From Malassezia furfur (lineage: Eukaryota): a DNA stretch of 64,000 nt. Below are positions 11,708-24,070 of the stretch, piece by piece; position 1 is the first letter of the stretch, and each line of letters begins with the position of its first letter. The notes under the pieces were generated by a model. The model worked only from the letters and a program-made list of their open reading frames with translations. It was not told where the DNA came from and did not search any database. A program made the translations under genes and the position numbers. Where the stretch lies: the NCBI GenBank assembly GCA_052055015.1, contig JBQJIT010000018.1. One strand, 5' to 3'.

Positions 11708-13496
11708 CGTCGTTTGTGACGCTTTTGTATAATTAGCCAGGACCTTTTCCCGTTCATCGATATACCGCAATACCACAATGTCCCCTTTGCGTTGCGGCTC
11801 TGGATGCCATACCGTGTTCCAGAAACGTACCACTTCTTCGTACCCGCGCTGGGCCAGAAGATCCCCGACCGTTTGTGGTGTGCCCGTATGCAAAAGGGAG
11901 TCGTACACGACCAGGTGCGATGGCCAAGGGTGCCGCCAGCCCAGGTCACTGGCGGCGTGCTGGGCCACCACATCGGAGGCGTTTGTGCCGCGGGGCGAGC
12001 GGAAATGCATGGCCCGCATCGTCGGAAACGTGGGGTCCACGCGTGAGGGGAAGCGGTCGCGTAGGTAGCGTACTGGGTCGTACAGGAAAAAGTCGGACTG
12101 GTCCCAGTACGTCGTAGGATCTGCGTGCCGTGGCGGGGGGCATGCGAGGAACCAAGCGCGGCCTACATCGCCGCTCACGAGCCCGCTGTCGAGTTCGGTG
12201 GTCTCAAGCACGCGAGCGTGCATGTGGCTCTGCCACGGTGTCGAGTGGCAGGGCATCAGAAAACCAAACGTGGTGCGTGGCGTTGCGACGTCGTGGACGT
12301 ATTGCATGACGCGAATTTGGCCCTTGGCATGGAAGCCGAGCACGTAGATAAGTATAGGTACTTGCGCGAGCAGCGCATACCGCAGTACTTTGGGTAGTGC
12401 CGTCCATGCGGCACGCCACGTCGTTCCGCGTGGCCGCAAGGAACACGCAGCGAAGAGATGGAGGAGCGGCACGAGCGGTTGCAAGAATCGCGCCTCCTTG
12501 TGGCTTAGTAGAGAGAAAACACCCACCGTCCACACGGCGAGTGCGCCGAGCGTCCATAGGGCACTGTCGTGTGGAAGGCCAAGCACTTTCTGCCACCCGC
12601 GGAGCGCCCACGGTAGGCTGACGGTGAGGACGCCCGGGAGGCCCTGGGTGAGGTACCAGTGCCAAGGATGTGCGCCGTAGAACACCGACAACGAGCGCAT
12701 GACGTTTTCCACGAAAAAGTGCACGAAGGTAAACACGGGCCGCTGGAAGTACCAGGTATCGGCTGCGTAGCCGAGTGCGCCCATCGCGGTTCTGTGTGAG
12801 CCAGCGACGTACCCAGTGACGGCTGCAACGCTCACGAGACGAGCAATACTGCGTGGACCGCCAGTGTGTGCGCCATCGTAGAGTGCCTTGGCACCCAAGA
12901 ATGCCCAGACCAGCAGCCCCGTGGGCCGTACCAGGATCCCCGCGAAGGCTGCAAAGAGCGCCAGGATGAGCGACGCAGTGGATCCGTGCGCGACGTCGCG
13001 CGCCGTCAGGGGCCAATAGTACAGGGCGATGCTAAGCAGCGCTGCTTCGGTCGAGTTGGACAGTGGACGTGCACATGTGTACGTCCAGTACAGCGAGAGT
13101 GTGTGCAGTACGGCCCACACCCGTGCTGTGCCGAGGCCCGCGACGCGGCATGCCAACGCATAGAAGAACGCATCACCGAGCGTCGCAAGCGCCGTCTGTT
13201 GCATCGCAGGGAGCGTGACCTGTTTCAGTATCTAGACGTACCATCCATGGACCGTGTGTGTCTGCGCCAGTCCAGCGGAGCGCTGCGTAGAGCGGCACAA
13301 AGAGGAGGGGATGCACGGCGCTGCGGATCGGCGCGACGCCGATCCACTCCCATGTCTGGTAGCCATACCCAAACACGATGCGGTGCGCAATCTCGAGCGT
13401 CTGCCAGTACTCGTCTGGCTGAAAGAATGTGCGGCTCGCGCCCCACGCCGTGAGCGCGCGTGCCACAGCGCACGCGACGCTCACCAGCATGCCCAT
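11690..13496 (-). CDS. GPI10: GPI mannosyltransferase 3 (PIG-B); introns 13220-13241, 12792-12812
   Basis: TFFQPDEYWQTLEIAH, TWEW, HKEARF and FLMPCHSTPWQSH motifs; exact 3' end uncertain. Confidence 0.92.
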
Positions 13497-13583
13497 CCGT
13501 GCGCAGGGATGCTGTATGCTGACTAATCGATAGGGCGGCGAAAGTGTGCGCAGGCCCCCCGAACCGGTCGGCAGGCAAGCACG

Positions 13584-15419
13584 ATGGGTGACGAAGTGGA
13601 TCTTGCCGCTGAGGCGGCAGAGAAGCTGCGCGTCTCCTCTGAGTCACATTCTGAATCCCCGTCACCTGGCGAGGTACCACAACTCGATGCGCCGAGCGTG
13701 CCTCCGACGGCGCCCGCGCTGACGTCGGCGTCGGCTGGCGCTGCGCCGTCAGCGCTGCCGAGTGGGGTGACCAAGGGTGTGCGTGCTCCCTCGAAGCCCG
13801 GCTCGGTCCCGCGCGGGTTTGCTGGCGCAAATGAGCGTACGCGGCAGCTGGCGAGCACGAAGCTGCCGCCTGGTCTGCAGGCCAAGTTGGAAGCGGTACG
13901 TTGAGTGTGCGCCGCACCACTGACCCAGAATGCTCGACGGAGCGCGAATGCCGCGCCGCCTGCGAATATGGACAACAAGGTACTTAATGCGGGGCAGAAG
14001 CTCGACGCGTCGCTGCTGAACCGCGCGCCGATGCCGACGGCCCCCCAGTCGCGTGCACCGCCGGCGCGGCCCAACCGTCCTGGGCTGCGGCTGAGCGATC
14101 TGGGCGTGGACGTGAGTGCGAGCAATGCAAGTGCGCGCGCGCAGAAGCCGAGCCTCGGTGGCGCTGCGGCGGGAGGGCGCCCGAAGCTGAACCTGGGCAA
14201 GTTGCCGGGGGCGTCCGGCCCTGCGCCACCGATGGAGACGCCGTTTGCCAACTTTAGCAAGATTGTCGACCCAAGTGGCCGGCTGAACTTTGACGGGAAA
14301 GCCGTGCTGCATGCGTCCGGTGTCGAGTTCCGGAACGGGACGTCGTTCAGCATCAACATGCAGGAGCTCGAGCTGCAGGAACAGCTTGGATTCGGCAACT
14401 ACGGCACGGTGAACAAGGTGCGGCACACGCGCACCAAGGTCGAGATGGCCATGAAGGAGATCCGTCTGGAGCTGGACCAGGCGAAGCTGAACGCAATCAT
14501 TATGGAGCTGGACATTCTGCACCGCGCCATCTCGCCTTACATTGTCGAGTTCTACGGCGCGTTCTTTGTGGAGAGTTGTGTATACTACTGCATGGAGTAC
14601 ATGGACCGCGGCAGCCTGGAGAAGCTGTGTGGTGGACGCCACTGTGCGGTGCCCGAGGGGGTGCTGGCGCGCATTGCGTCGTGCACGGTCAAGGGTCTGA
14701 GCTTCCTCAAGGACGAGCTGCAGATCATCCACCGCGACATCAAGCCGACCAACATCCTGGTCAACTCGCGCGGCGACGTGAAGCTGTGCGACTTTGGCGT
14801 GTCGGGCCAGCTCGAAAAGAGCCTCGCCAAGACCAACATCGGGTGCCAGAGCTACATGGCGCCTGAGCGGATCAAGAGTGACCCGCGCAGCAAGGATTCC
14901 ACCTACACCACCGCCTCGGACGTCTGGTCGCTCGGACTCACGCTCATCGAGGTCGCCAAGGGCGCGTATCCCTACCCGCCCGAGACTTTTACCAACGTTT
15001 TTGCGCAGCTGCAGGCGATCGTCGACGGCGACGCCCCCGAGTTACCGACGCCGAGCACGGAGCCGATCACCCTCAGCTCACCGACGGGCGTGCCGATCGA
15101 GCTCGAACTAGGAACGTGCACGTACGGCGCAGACGCGCGTGACTTTGTCGCACAGTGCCTGCGCAAAATACCCGAGCAGCGCCCGAGCTACGCAGAGCTG
15201 CTCGAGCACCCCTTTTTGAAGCAGGACGCGGCGCGTCGCATCGATATGCGTGCATGGGTCGACGAGGCGGCCGCCGCACAGAGCGCGCGCCGCGCCGCAA
15301 GTGAGCCGTCGACCCCTCGCAGCGACTCGGCGCCGGGTGCCTCGCCCAGCGCCTCGCCCAGCGCCTCGCCCAGCGCCTCGCCTCGCGCCGCACCGGCACC
15401 CAGCCACCAAGACGCCTAG
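13584..15419 (+). CDS. PBS2: HOG-pathway MAP kinase kinase; intron 13896-13928
   Basis: STE7-family kinase with MAMKEIRLELD, IIMELDILH, DFGVSGQLEKSLAKTNIGCQSYMAPERI. Confidence 0.93.
15339..15383 (+). repeat. 12-nt coding tandem repeat (GCCTCGCCCAGC, about 3.7 copies) encoding ASPS units
   Basis: Direct reading of the sequence in the PBS2 C-terminal tail. Confidence 0.9.
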
Positions 15420-15458
15420 TCGTACATTCTGCCTATAGTATGCATGCCCCTCCCTTGC

Positions 15459-17257
15459 CTAGTATGCCTCGTCCACCCCCAGCGCACGCGGCACGTACCG
15501 GATCGGGTACGGCGCCGGCGCGGGGCGCTCGCGCTCCACCTCGCCAAACCGCTCGTCCATCGCGGGCAGGTGCACCGAGTCGGCGAGGCGCGCCAGTACG
15601 TCGTCGATCGGATCTCCACGCGCCGCCCCAAGGCTGCGCCGTGGCGCCGAGGTGCCTGGCGTGCGCGTCAGCGAGACGCCTGACGAACGCGCGGGCGGCG
15701 CCGCGGTGTGCAGTGCCGGCGGCGCCTCGAGCATCTGGACGAGCTCAAAGAGGTCGTCGGATGGCGACGCGTGCGCCGCACCGGCTGCGCCCGCCGCACC
15801 GCCCACGGACGCAGGCTTGGCCAGCGCAAACGCGGGCGCGTGCGACGGCGCCGTATTGGCAAACAGTCGCGAGCCGCTCGGGCTGGGCTGCGAGCGCGGG
15901 ACGTGCGCAGGCGACTCGCGCGCCACGCCGCGCTCCATCATGCGCCGCTGCTCGACACGCTGCGACCAGCTGCGCGCCGACGTCGAGAGCTCATCATTTG
16001 CGCCGCCAGCCGAGCGCGAGTACTCGCGCTGGCGGTACGACGGCTGCCGAGCGTACCGCTGGATGCGCACCGGCCGCGCGCGGTCCGGCGGCGTTTCGGA
16101 GGCGGCCTCGGCACGCCGCCGCATGTGTGCGTCAAAGTGGCCGTGCGGCGAGTGACGCAGCGAGTATAGCGAGCTCGGAGAGAACCCGATCTGTGCGCGG
16201 GTCGGCGTGTATGACTGGAAGAGCGCACGGAGGCCGTCGGGCGACGCCTCAGGGCCACTCGGCGACACGCCGCGACGCGGGCACACCACGCTCGTGGGCG
16301 CGCCGGGCGCGTCCCCTGCGTCCGTCCACATGCGCCGCAGCAGCGGCGAGGTGGTGTCGGGCGGTAGCGCGCCGGACGCGTGCGGCGTCGCGGGCAACGT
16401 CGTGCCAGGCGGGCGCGGCGTCAAGGAGCGCGAGCGCTCGCGGCGCGCGGGCGGCGTAAGGACATCGCGCTCGCGCGACGGCGGCGGCGTCGGCAGGGCC
16501 GCATCCATGCACGGCACCGCATGCCCACGCTGCTCAACGCGCAGCTCAGTGCACGCGCGATAGGCGACGCGGCATGCCAGGGTACCGATCGGTGTTTGAA
16601 CGCCCTGCAGCGCCCACGTCTTGGGGTCGGCACCGAGGTCGTCCGCGCCGGCATCCGCACTGCCATGCACCTCGATCTCGACATCGAGCGGCGGCGCATC
16701 ACTCCCCGCGGCAATACTACGGCACAGGGCCTGGGCAGGCAGCGCCCGCGCCAGCGCATACAGCGTGCGGAAATGCACAATCGCACGCTTGTACACAGCA
16801 GGCAGGCGGATATCGTGCGCGGCGGGACTGTGTCAGCATGGGCACGTACTCCAAGTCGACCGTCCAGCGCTCTAGCAGCACACTCGTGCGCGCCGCATCG
16901 CCCAGCTCCACCACACGCGTGCCGCTGCCGTGCGGTGCGCAGCCGACCAGCACCTGGTCGGCACGTAGGCGCGAGGTGCGCACACGTACATCGACACACA
17001 GACGCGGCACATTGCCATTGCTCGGCGCGCGCCACGGCCGCAGGCGATCGCGCATCCGATCGATCTCGTCGAGGCTCAGCGAGAACTGCGTGAGCGGTGC
17101 AGCCACGTACCCACTTGTTCGCGCGCGCCGCGCTGGGGGCGGTCGGCGCACGGCTCTCACACGCAACCGCCACTGTCTTTGCATAGAAGTGGTACAAGAC
17201 CGTATTGAGTTTGGCGGCATGGGCCCCCTCAGATGCCCCGGGCCGCACCGAGGTCAT
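15459..17257 (-). CDS. ATG13: Autophagy protein Atg13 (N-terminal HORMA domain); introns 17086-17110, 16828-16849
   Basis: KLNTVLYHFYAK..ESR, NKWFSLSL, VLLERW, VYKRAIVHFRTLYALARALPA and TPIGTL..V.YR, followed by a disordered tail. Confidence 0.88.
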
Positions 17258-17343
17258 CGTGGGACCGTGCGCTGGAGGGAGCCCAATCGCCACCGCCCCC
17301 CCGCCCCCCGGCGCGCACGTCACGTGCAGTGCCCAACACCACC

Positions 17344-18660
17344 ATGGCGCGGCGGGTGTGGCAGGCGTACGAGCGCTTCCTGCTCGCGAACGCGTCGCAG
17401 ATCACGGCGCTCGAGTCGTCGCTACGTAGCATTACCTATGTGCTACCGGGCCGTTTCAAGGATGCCGAACTGTACGTCCGCCTGACTCACCCAGCGCCGG
17501 CGAAGCCAGTATGTCGAGGCGCAGCTGACCCAGTCTATGCCGGTGTGCACCTCCTCGGCATGTACCACGACTCGGTACTTTTCAAAATTGTGTATTCGCG
17601 TCGCGCGAAGCAGGCGCACGCGCTCGTGCAGCAGGCGCGCGACGAGCTCTCGGGCGACCTGCCGAAACTCTCGCTCCATGCACGTTACACCAACTTCTGG
17701 CACTCGTCCAGTCAGCGCTACGGCGCAGCCGCAGTGCTCCTGATGATCGTCGAGGCCACTCAGCTTCTTGTGGAAATGGTCGCACGCCGCAAGCTCCGCG
17801 AGCGTGCGTGGGACGTCGTCGTGAGCATCGAGCTCCTCAAGGCGCTCCTCCGCTTCGCCCTCGTGGAAGCGTCGCAACGCCGCCCCGTGGTCCACCCGCC
17901 GCTGCCCCAGCGCGAGATAGACCCGGCACTGCTTGAGCGAAGCGCCGCTTCGCCCACGTACACGTGGCGCGGCGAACGCACCGGCGTCATCCACACGTCC
18001 ATCAACGCCCTCGTCCCGCTGCCCAATGCGGCGCGCGATGCAACGCGCACCGAGGAGCCGGACATTTACGAATACCTACTCTCCCACACCCTCACAGACC
18101 AGGACGTTGCGCCGCCCGCGCAGCTCGTGCGCAAGCTCCAGGGCGCCGTCGGCCGCGTCGCCGAAGCGGTGTACATATTGCGCCCGCTCGTCTACGTGCT
18201 TGCGTTGCGCAAGTGGGGCAAGCGCGACGCCAAGCCGTTCGCCTTGTCGCTTGTGCTCGAGCTGCTCGCCGCGTCGCTGCGCCGCCGCTCCTTCTACCTG
18301 CCGCGTGAGAGCGCCGAGAAAATGCCCGTGCCGCCCATGTCGTCCGTGTCGCTGATGCTGTCGATGCTCGGCATCGAGAACTCGTTCCTCGACTGGCTCG
18401 CCGGATCGCTGTCGCGCAGCGACCCACGCCGCGCACTTGCCAAGCCCATCAGCGCCGTCGAGGGCGACGAGTGGGCTGCGCGCGACCGCAGCTTCTGGTG
18501 GTACCTGCTGCGTGGACCGGTGTGGTATAACCACACGCGGCCCAAACTCGAGGGGCTTGTGCGCCGCACCGAAGGCAAACGTCTCATTGGCGTGCTTGCT
18601 AGCATCGGCGGCGACTACCTGCCGCTCGTCGACGAGTACTACTACTATACAGCCGCGTAG
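17344..18660 (+). CDS. PEX16: Peroxisomal membrane biogenesis protein Pex16; introns 17472-17494, 17509-17533
   Basis: YERFLLANASQITALESSLRSITYVLPGRF, ILRPLVY, WYLLRGP and C-terminal YYYYT. Confidence 0.92.
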   Translation: MARRVWQAYERFLLANASQITALESSLRSITYVLPGRFKDAELYVRLTHPAPAKPVCRGAADPVYAGVHLLGMYHDSVLFKIVYSRRAKQAHALVQQARDELSGDLPKLSLHARYTNFWHSSSQRYGAAAVLLMIVEATQLLVEMVARRKLRERAWDVVVSIELLKALLRFALVEASQRRPVVHPPLPQREIDPALLERSAASPTYTWRGERTGVIHTSINALVPLPNAARDATRTEEPDIYEYLLSHTLTDQDVAPPAQLVRKLQGAVGRVAEAVYILRPLVYVLALRKWGKRDAKPFALSLVLELLAASLRRRSFYLPRESAEKMPVPPMSSVSLMLSMLGIENSFLDWLAGSLSRSDPRRALAKPISAVEGDEWAARDRSFWWYLLRGPVWYNHTRPKLEGLVRRTEGKRLIGVLASIGGDYLPLVDEYYYYTAA

Positions 18661-18728
18661 CCGATTCCCCCGACCTGCACCCCACACTGCATTTCCCGAT
18701 GATCGGGCGTGCACTTTCTCGCCTGATC

Positions 18729-21034
18729 ATGACGTCCCAAGCCCCGCCGCTGGGCGCGACGGACCTGACGCGCTGGCGCTTGCGTGTGTCCGACGGAGGT
18801 AGGCACGTATGGCACTATCTCTCCGAGGAAGAGGCACGCAGTTGGCCACAGACCATCGAGGACAAGTATTGGCTCGGCCTCGACGTGGTACGTCGGTGCA
18901 CCTCACCCAGGGTCTTCCGACGCTTCCCAGCGCGCACACGGCGCTGGACGCGGCACGCAACGGCCTCGAGTTCTACAAGCATCTGCAATCGAGCGATGGC
19001 CACTTTGCCGGCGAGTACGGTGGACCGATGTTCCTCCTGCCGGGTCTCATCATCGGCATGTACGTCACCAAGACGCCCATTCCGGAGCCGTGGCGCATCG
19101 AGATTGCACGCTACCTCTGGAACCGCCGCAATCCAGTGGACGGAAGCTGGGGAATGTATGTTTCATCTCTGACGCAGCCACATCGAGGGACACTCGACCG
19201 TGTTCGGCACCGCGCTCAACTACACCGTCTTGCGCCTCGTCGGCGTCGACGCCGACCACCCGATGATGGTGCAGGCGCGCAGCACGCTGCACAAGCTCGG
19301 CGGTGCGACCTCAATCCCGAGCTGGGGCAAGCTGTGGCTCGCGATCCTCAACGTATACGATTGGGACGGCGTGAATCCTATCCCGCCGGAACTCTGGCTG
19401 CTGCCCGACTGGGTGCCGATCCACCCATGGCGTTGGTGGATCCACACGCGCATGGTGTATCTACCCATGGGCTTCCTGTATGGCAAGCGGTTTCGCGCAG
19501 AGATGGACCCGCTCCTTGCGTCGCTACGCAACGAGTTGTACCCCGAACCGTACGACTCGATTGTGTGGGCCAAGCAGCGCAATCACGTCGCCCAAGCCGA
19601 CCTGTATGCGCCGCACACCTACGTTGTTGATGCGCTATTCCAGGTGCTTGGTGTGTACGAAAAGGTGCACATCCCGTTCGTGCGCAAGCGCGGCATCGAT
19701 CTCGCGTACAAGCTCATCGTCAAGGAAGACGAAAACACGGGACACCAATGCCTCGGGCCAGTCAACAAAATGCTCAACTACATTGCTCGTTGGATTGTTG
19801 AGGGACCCGACAGCGAGGCGATGCGGCTGCACCGCGAAAAGCTCAAAGACTTTGCATGGATGTCATCCGAGGGACTCATGATGACCGGCACGAACGGTTC
19901 CCAGCTGTGGGATACGTCGTTCCTTGGTCAGGCTTTGGCCGACTCGGGTCTAGTGAATCGACCTGAGAACAAGGAGATGGCGTCACGCATCCTGCACTGG
20001 CTGGACGAGTGCCAGATCCGCGAGAACCCTCAGCATTACCGCAGCGCCTACCGCTTCGCGACCAAGGGCGCGTGGCCCTTCAGCACGCGCGAACAGGGGT
20101 ACACGGTTAGTGACTGCACCGCTGAGGGCCTCAAGGCGGTGCTCATGCTACAGGAGGCCAAGCCAGCGTACGTCCTCCGCTCACCCAGTGACTTGGGGCA
20201 CCCCGTTTCCAAGCAGCGCCTGCACGATTCGGTCGATTTGCTGCTCTCCATGCAGAACCCGGGTGGAGGCTACGCAAGCTACGAGACCATCAACGGGCCT
20301 GAGATCACCGAATGGCTCAACCCTGCAGAGGTGTTTGGCCGCATCATGGTCGAGTATGCGTACCCTGAATGCACGACGTCGGTCGTCACGGGTCTGCGCC
20401 TCTTCCAGCAGTACGACTCGTACCGCAGCGATGAGATTAAGTACGTATGTTGGCTAACACAGCGCCGCCGTCAATGCCGCGGTTAAGTACATCCTGCGCG
20501 CGCAGCGTCCCGACGGCTCATGGTACGGCTCATGGGCGATCTGTTTTACGTACGCGGCCATGTTTGCACTCGAGAGTCTGCGGCATGCCGGCCTGACGTA
20601 CGAAAACAACGAGCAAGTGCGCCGAGCGTGTGCTTTCCTCATCGGGAAGCAGCAGGCCGACGGCGGCTGGGGTGAAAGCTACAAGGTACGCCGACGACAC
20701 ACTAATGCAGTCGTGCGAGACCGGCACGTATACGCATGCGCCTAAGTCGCAGGTGGTGCAGACCGCGTGGGTGGTCATTGCCCTGCTCCATGCCAAGTAT
20801 CCGGACAAAGGGCCAATCGAGCGCGGCGTGCAGCTCATCATGGATCGCCAGCAGCCTAACGGCTCCTGGAAACAGGAGCAGATCGAGGGCATCTTTAACC
20901 AGTATGTCGACCTGACTTATCCAGCAACTGTGCGCATCCCATCTACTCACACAGGTGCAATTTCGTACCACAACTACAAATTCAGTTTCACCATCTGGGC
21001 GCTTGGCAAAGCCGCGCGCGAACTCAGCTCGTAG
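18729..21034 (+). CDS. ERG7: Lanosterol synthase (oxidosqualene cyclase); 7 introns: 18888-18910, 19156-19177, 20168-20188, 20441-20462, 20686-20710, 20902-20924, 20930-20954
   Basis: SDCTAE catalytic motif, [10 protein letters not shown] repeats, GTNGSQLWD and WYGSW. Confidence 0.96.
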
Positions 21035-21058
21035 AGAGGATAGCACGTGCCTCTTTTC

Positions 21059-22072
21059 ATGCACGCTCGGCGGTTGGTACGTGCGCTGTGCAGCCCCCGC
21101 GGCGCCGGTGTTGTACATCGCGGTGGCAGAGCCCACACACGCGGCGTGCATACAGACGCTACACAAGCGCTTACCGAGGCGCTCTGGAAGCACAAGGAGC
21201 CGAACGAAACGCGGCAGGACGTGCAGGAGCAGGCACAGCAGTATGCACGCTGGATCCTCGACGAAGCGCGGGCGCGGCATTCTGAGCCCGAGGCGGTACA
21301 TACCTCGTTGCAGGGCATGATCCAGCGCATCGCACAGGGTGAGCCGCTCGCCTACGTGCTAGGTACGTACCGTACTTACCTAGGCCATCAGCCCTTTGGA
21401 CCCCTAAGCATACGTGTGCGGCCGCCTGTACTCATCCCCCGACCAGAGACGGAGGAATGGACACTACGTGTTGCCGACCAGCTCCGCCATGTAGTAGCTG
21501 AGCCTGGGCCCTGCCTGCGCATCTTGGACCTCTGTACGGGGTCTGGGTGTATTGCCCTGCTGCTAGCGCATGAACTGCAAGGCTCACGAAGACCATGGCA
21601 CATCACCGCGCTGGATTGTGACGATCAAGCTATTGCGCTTGCTCAAGAGAATGCGACATTGCATTCTCTTCCTGTGAACGTCGTGCGTGGGAACTTGCTG
21701 GATCCACAGGATCACTACCTGAACCGCAGCTACGATGTGGTCGTGTGCAATCCGCCATACATTGTCGAAGACGACTACAAAGCACTGCCGCACTCGGTGC
21801 GCTCCTATGAGGCACATGGTGCACTCGTGGGGCATGCAGAAGGCGATGGACTCGCGTACTACCGCCGACTCGCTGAATGGGCGGAGCGAGGCCTCCTCCA
21901 TGCGTCGCGCGGTTCGCCACAGCTCGTCATGGAAATTGGCGCTGGCCAGTCTGACGATGTACTGCGCCTTTTTGACGTGCCAGGCGAGGTGTGGCACGAC
22001 TTTGCGGGGCGCGACCGCGTCGTGATCGTGACATGGGCGCGCACGTCCCCCAAAGCACATCACGTGCCGTGA
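21059..22072 (+). CDS. MTQ1: HemK/PrmC-family N5-glutamine methyltransferase, probably mitochondrial; in-frame intron 21363-21383
   Basis: GEPLAYVLG, LIPRPETEEW, LDLCTGSGCI and NPPY motifs. Confidence 0.88.
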   Translation: MHARRLVRALCSPRGAGVVHRGGRAHTRGVHTDATQALTEALWKHKEPNETRQDVQEQAQQYARWILDEARARHSEPEAVHTSLQGMIQRIAQGEPLAYVLGTYRTYLGHQPFGPLSIRVRPPVLIPRPETEEWTLRVADQLRHVVAEPGPCLRILDLCTGSGCIALLLAHELQGSRRPWHITALDCDDQAIALAQENATLHSLPVNVVRGNLLDPQDHYLNRSYDVVVCNPPYIVEDDYKALPHSVRSYEAHGALVGHAEGDGLAYYRRLAEWAERGLLHASRGSPQLVMEIGAGQSDDVLRLFDVPGEVWHDFAGRDRVVIVTWARTSPKAHHVP

Positions 22073-22119
22073 GCGCCGCGGTGGATGGTTGCGTCCGGAC
22101 TGCGTGCTTGTTGCTCGGC

Positions 22120-22424
22120 ATGGTGCGTACGCGCAATGCGCCTTACCCAGACTGCTTTGTTCAACTTCCAGTCGCTTCTTCTCGTCGTGCTGCTTACGAT
22201 TTGCACGTGCACGTACATCCGCGCGGCTGCACCGACACTGGTGGACCGCAACAAGAAGGGGTAAGTTGGATTGGCTGACGCAGCTTCCTCGGCATCTTTT
22301 TCAAGGCTGCCCGGATAGGTACGTCGCTACTCGAGATGTACAGGATGCTTACTATGCAGGCGAGCGACTCTCACCGTATTGTTCACTGGCGTGTCTCATC
22401 ATGGCCATCTACATCATTACGTAG
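22120..22424 (+). CDS. KSH1: Kish/TMEM167 small secretory-pathway protein; introns 22123-22150, 22261-22283, 22319-22359
   Basis: Spliced [25 protein letters not shown]...[24 protein letters not shown]; not present as one ORF in the track. Confidence 0.92.
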
Positions 22425-22492
22425 CGAACGTGCATTGTATAGTACCCCGTAGGCCACGCGCACGATGTGGAGGCCGCGACGCTTGGACCGCC

Positions 22493-23321
22493 ATGTCGCA
22501 GGACTCGAAGCTGCATAACGCGTGCTTGGACGGTGTGTGACGCGCGCTAATCCAGGCAAACTTGGGCTCGTCCAGCAGTACCTTAACGAAGGTATCACCG
22601 ATGCTCAGCTGAACGAAAAAGATGCCGATGGGCGTACGCCATTGCACTGGGCGGCGTCTTCCAATGACAAGCTCGGCATTATCGAGGCCCTTGCCGCGGC
22701 AGGACAGCTGCAGGTCAACGAGCCGGATGCGAGCGGGTGGACGCCACTGATGATTGCATCGTCTGCGGGTGCACCGCGGATCGTCGACTGGCTTTTGAAG
22801 CAGTACGTACGCAACGACTCATCCAGCGACGCCGACCCCAATGCAGGCAACCACCGAAAGCTCACCGCATTGCACTATGCCAGCAGCAAGAACCAAGCTG
22901 AGGTAGCACGGCTGCTTCTCGAAGCGGGTGCAGATGTGAACGCGCAGGACGGCGCGCTCCAACGGCCTATGTATGTCGCTTCTCTCACACAGTCATCGCG
23001 CCGCCAGCGCCGGCCACGATGCAGTCCTCCGTGTGTTGCTGTCGCCCCCTCCCCGCGCCGATGGGCAGGCACATCCCAAGACGCGTGTCAAGTGCGTATC
23101 TCGACTAACGCAGCCCCGCGGACCGGCTTCGGAATACACCGCTGCACCTCGCCGTGGAGTCGGCGCATCCCCAAACGGCGGCGATCCTCATCAGCGAGGG
23201 AGGCGCCGACCGGAACCGCCCGAATGCCGACGGAATCATCCCAGAGCAGATGGAGGGTGTGGGCGGTTTGGAACAGAAGCGTGTGCGCGACTTCCTGGTC
23301 GCATCGTTCGGAGCTCCGTAA
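22493..23321 (+). CDS. NAS6: Ankyrin-repeat proteasome chaperone (Nas6/gankyrin-like); introns 22533-22555, 22803-22826, 22971-22992, 23092-23113
   Basis: DGRTPLHWAAS, GWTPLMIASSAG, TALHYASSKN, PIHRAASAG and NTPLHLA repeats in the Nas6 order. Confidence 0.82.
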
Positions 23322-23339
23322 CAGCCATACATTGGGTAT

Positions 23340-23998
23340 CTAAAACATACGTCGCCGGCGCCCAAGGCCCGGTGCGCCGCTGGAGGCGCCTGGTGGGTAG
23401 TGTCCTGGACGCTCCTGTGCAATTTTGTAGCGGCGGTATGCCTCGTAGAGGTGCGCGGGCCGCAAAGGCCCCGTATCGTTGCGCTCCTGCTGGACGCGGC
23501 GTGCCGACTCGACCATTTCGCCGACAAACACTTTGCCGACACCGCTTGCGGCCATGACAAAGTGCTGGTTGACCGACTGCGACAGGACGTGGTTGACAAG
23601 CTGCGTGAGAGAGGCGGCGTACCGTGCGGACGCTGGCCTTGTTCAGGGTGCCGCGGCGCGACGCCATATGGCGCTCGAGCTGGTCGTCGTCCATGAGCTG
23701 CGAGAGCAGGCTAGGTGAGTGGTGCAGTAACATACCCCATGTTCCGCTGCTGCTGTGCGTAGATCGCCTGCTGCCTGCTGAACTCGTCGTCGGCAAGCTC
23801 GTTGCCCTCGGCGCCGTCCGACTCGGCGTCGTCATCTTCGTGCTCGCTTTGTTCATCTCGCGCGTATGGCTCTGGCTCTCCGGCGACACGCGACTCGCTG
23901 CGGCGCATTTCTCTGCGGCGCATTTCGACGCTGGGCGCGCGCGAATGCGGCGTCTCGCTGCCCCGGCGCGGCGGCTCCGGCGTGGTGCTGGGGGGCAT
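23340..23998 (-). CDS. TAF11: TFIID subunit Taf11; introns 23711-23735, 23601-23622
   Basis: DQLERH..RR..LNKASVR, SGVGKVFVGEMVESAR and GPLRPAHLYEAYRRY histone-fold motifs. Confidence 0.9.
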
Positions 23999-24070
23999 GG
24001 CGTGCAACGGTCACGTGTTCGCGCGGTGCACAAAATTGCGCCGGGTGACTCGCAGTGACGAACGGACACG

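Noticed and set aside
18729..21034. Frameshifted or pseudogenised ERG7 and other fragmented housekeeping ORFs; programmed frameshifting
   Set aside because: Each break coincides with a GT...branch point...AG segment whose removal restores the frame and conserved motifs.
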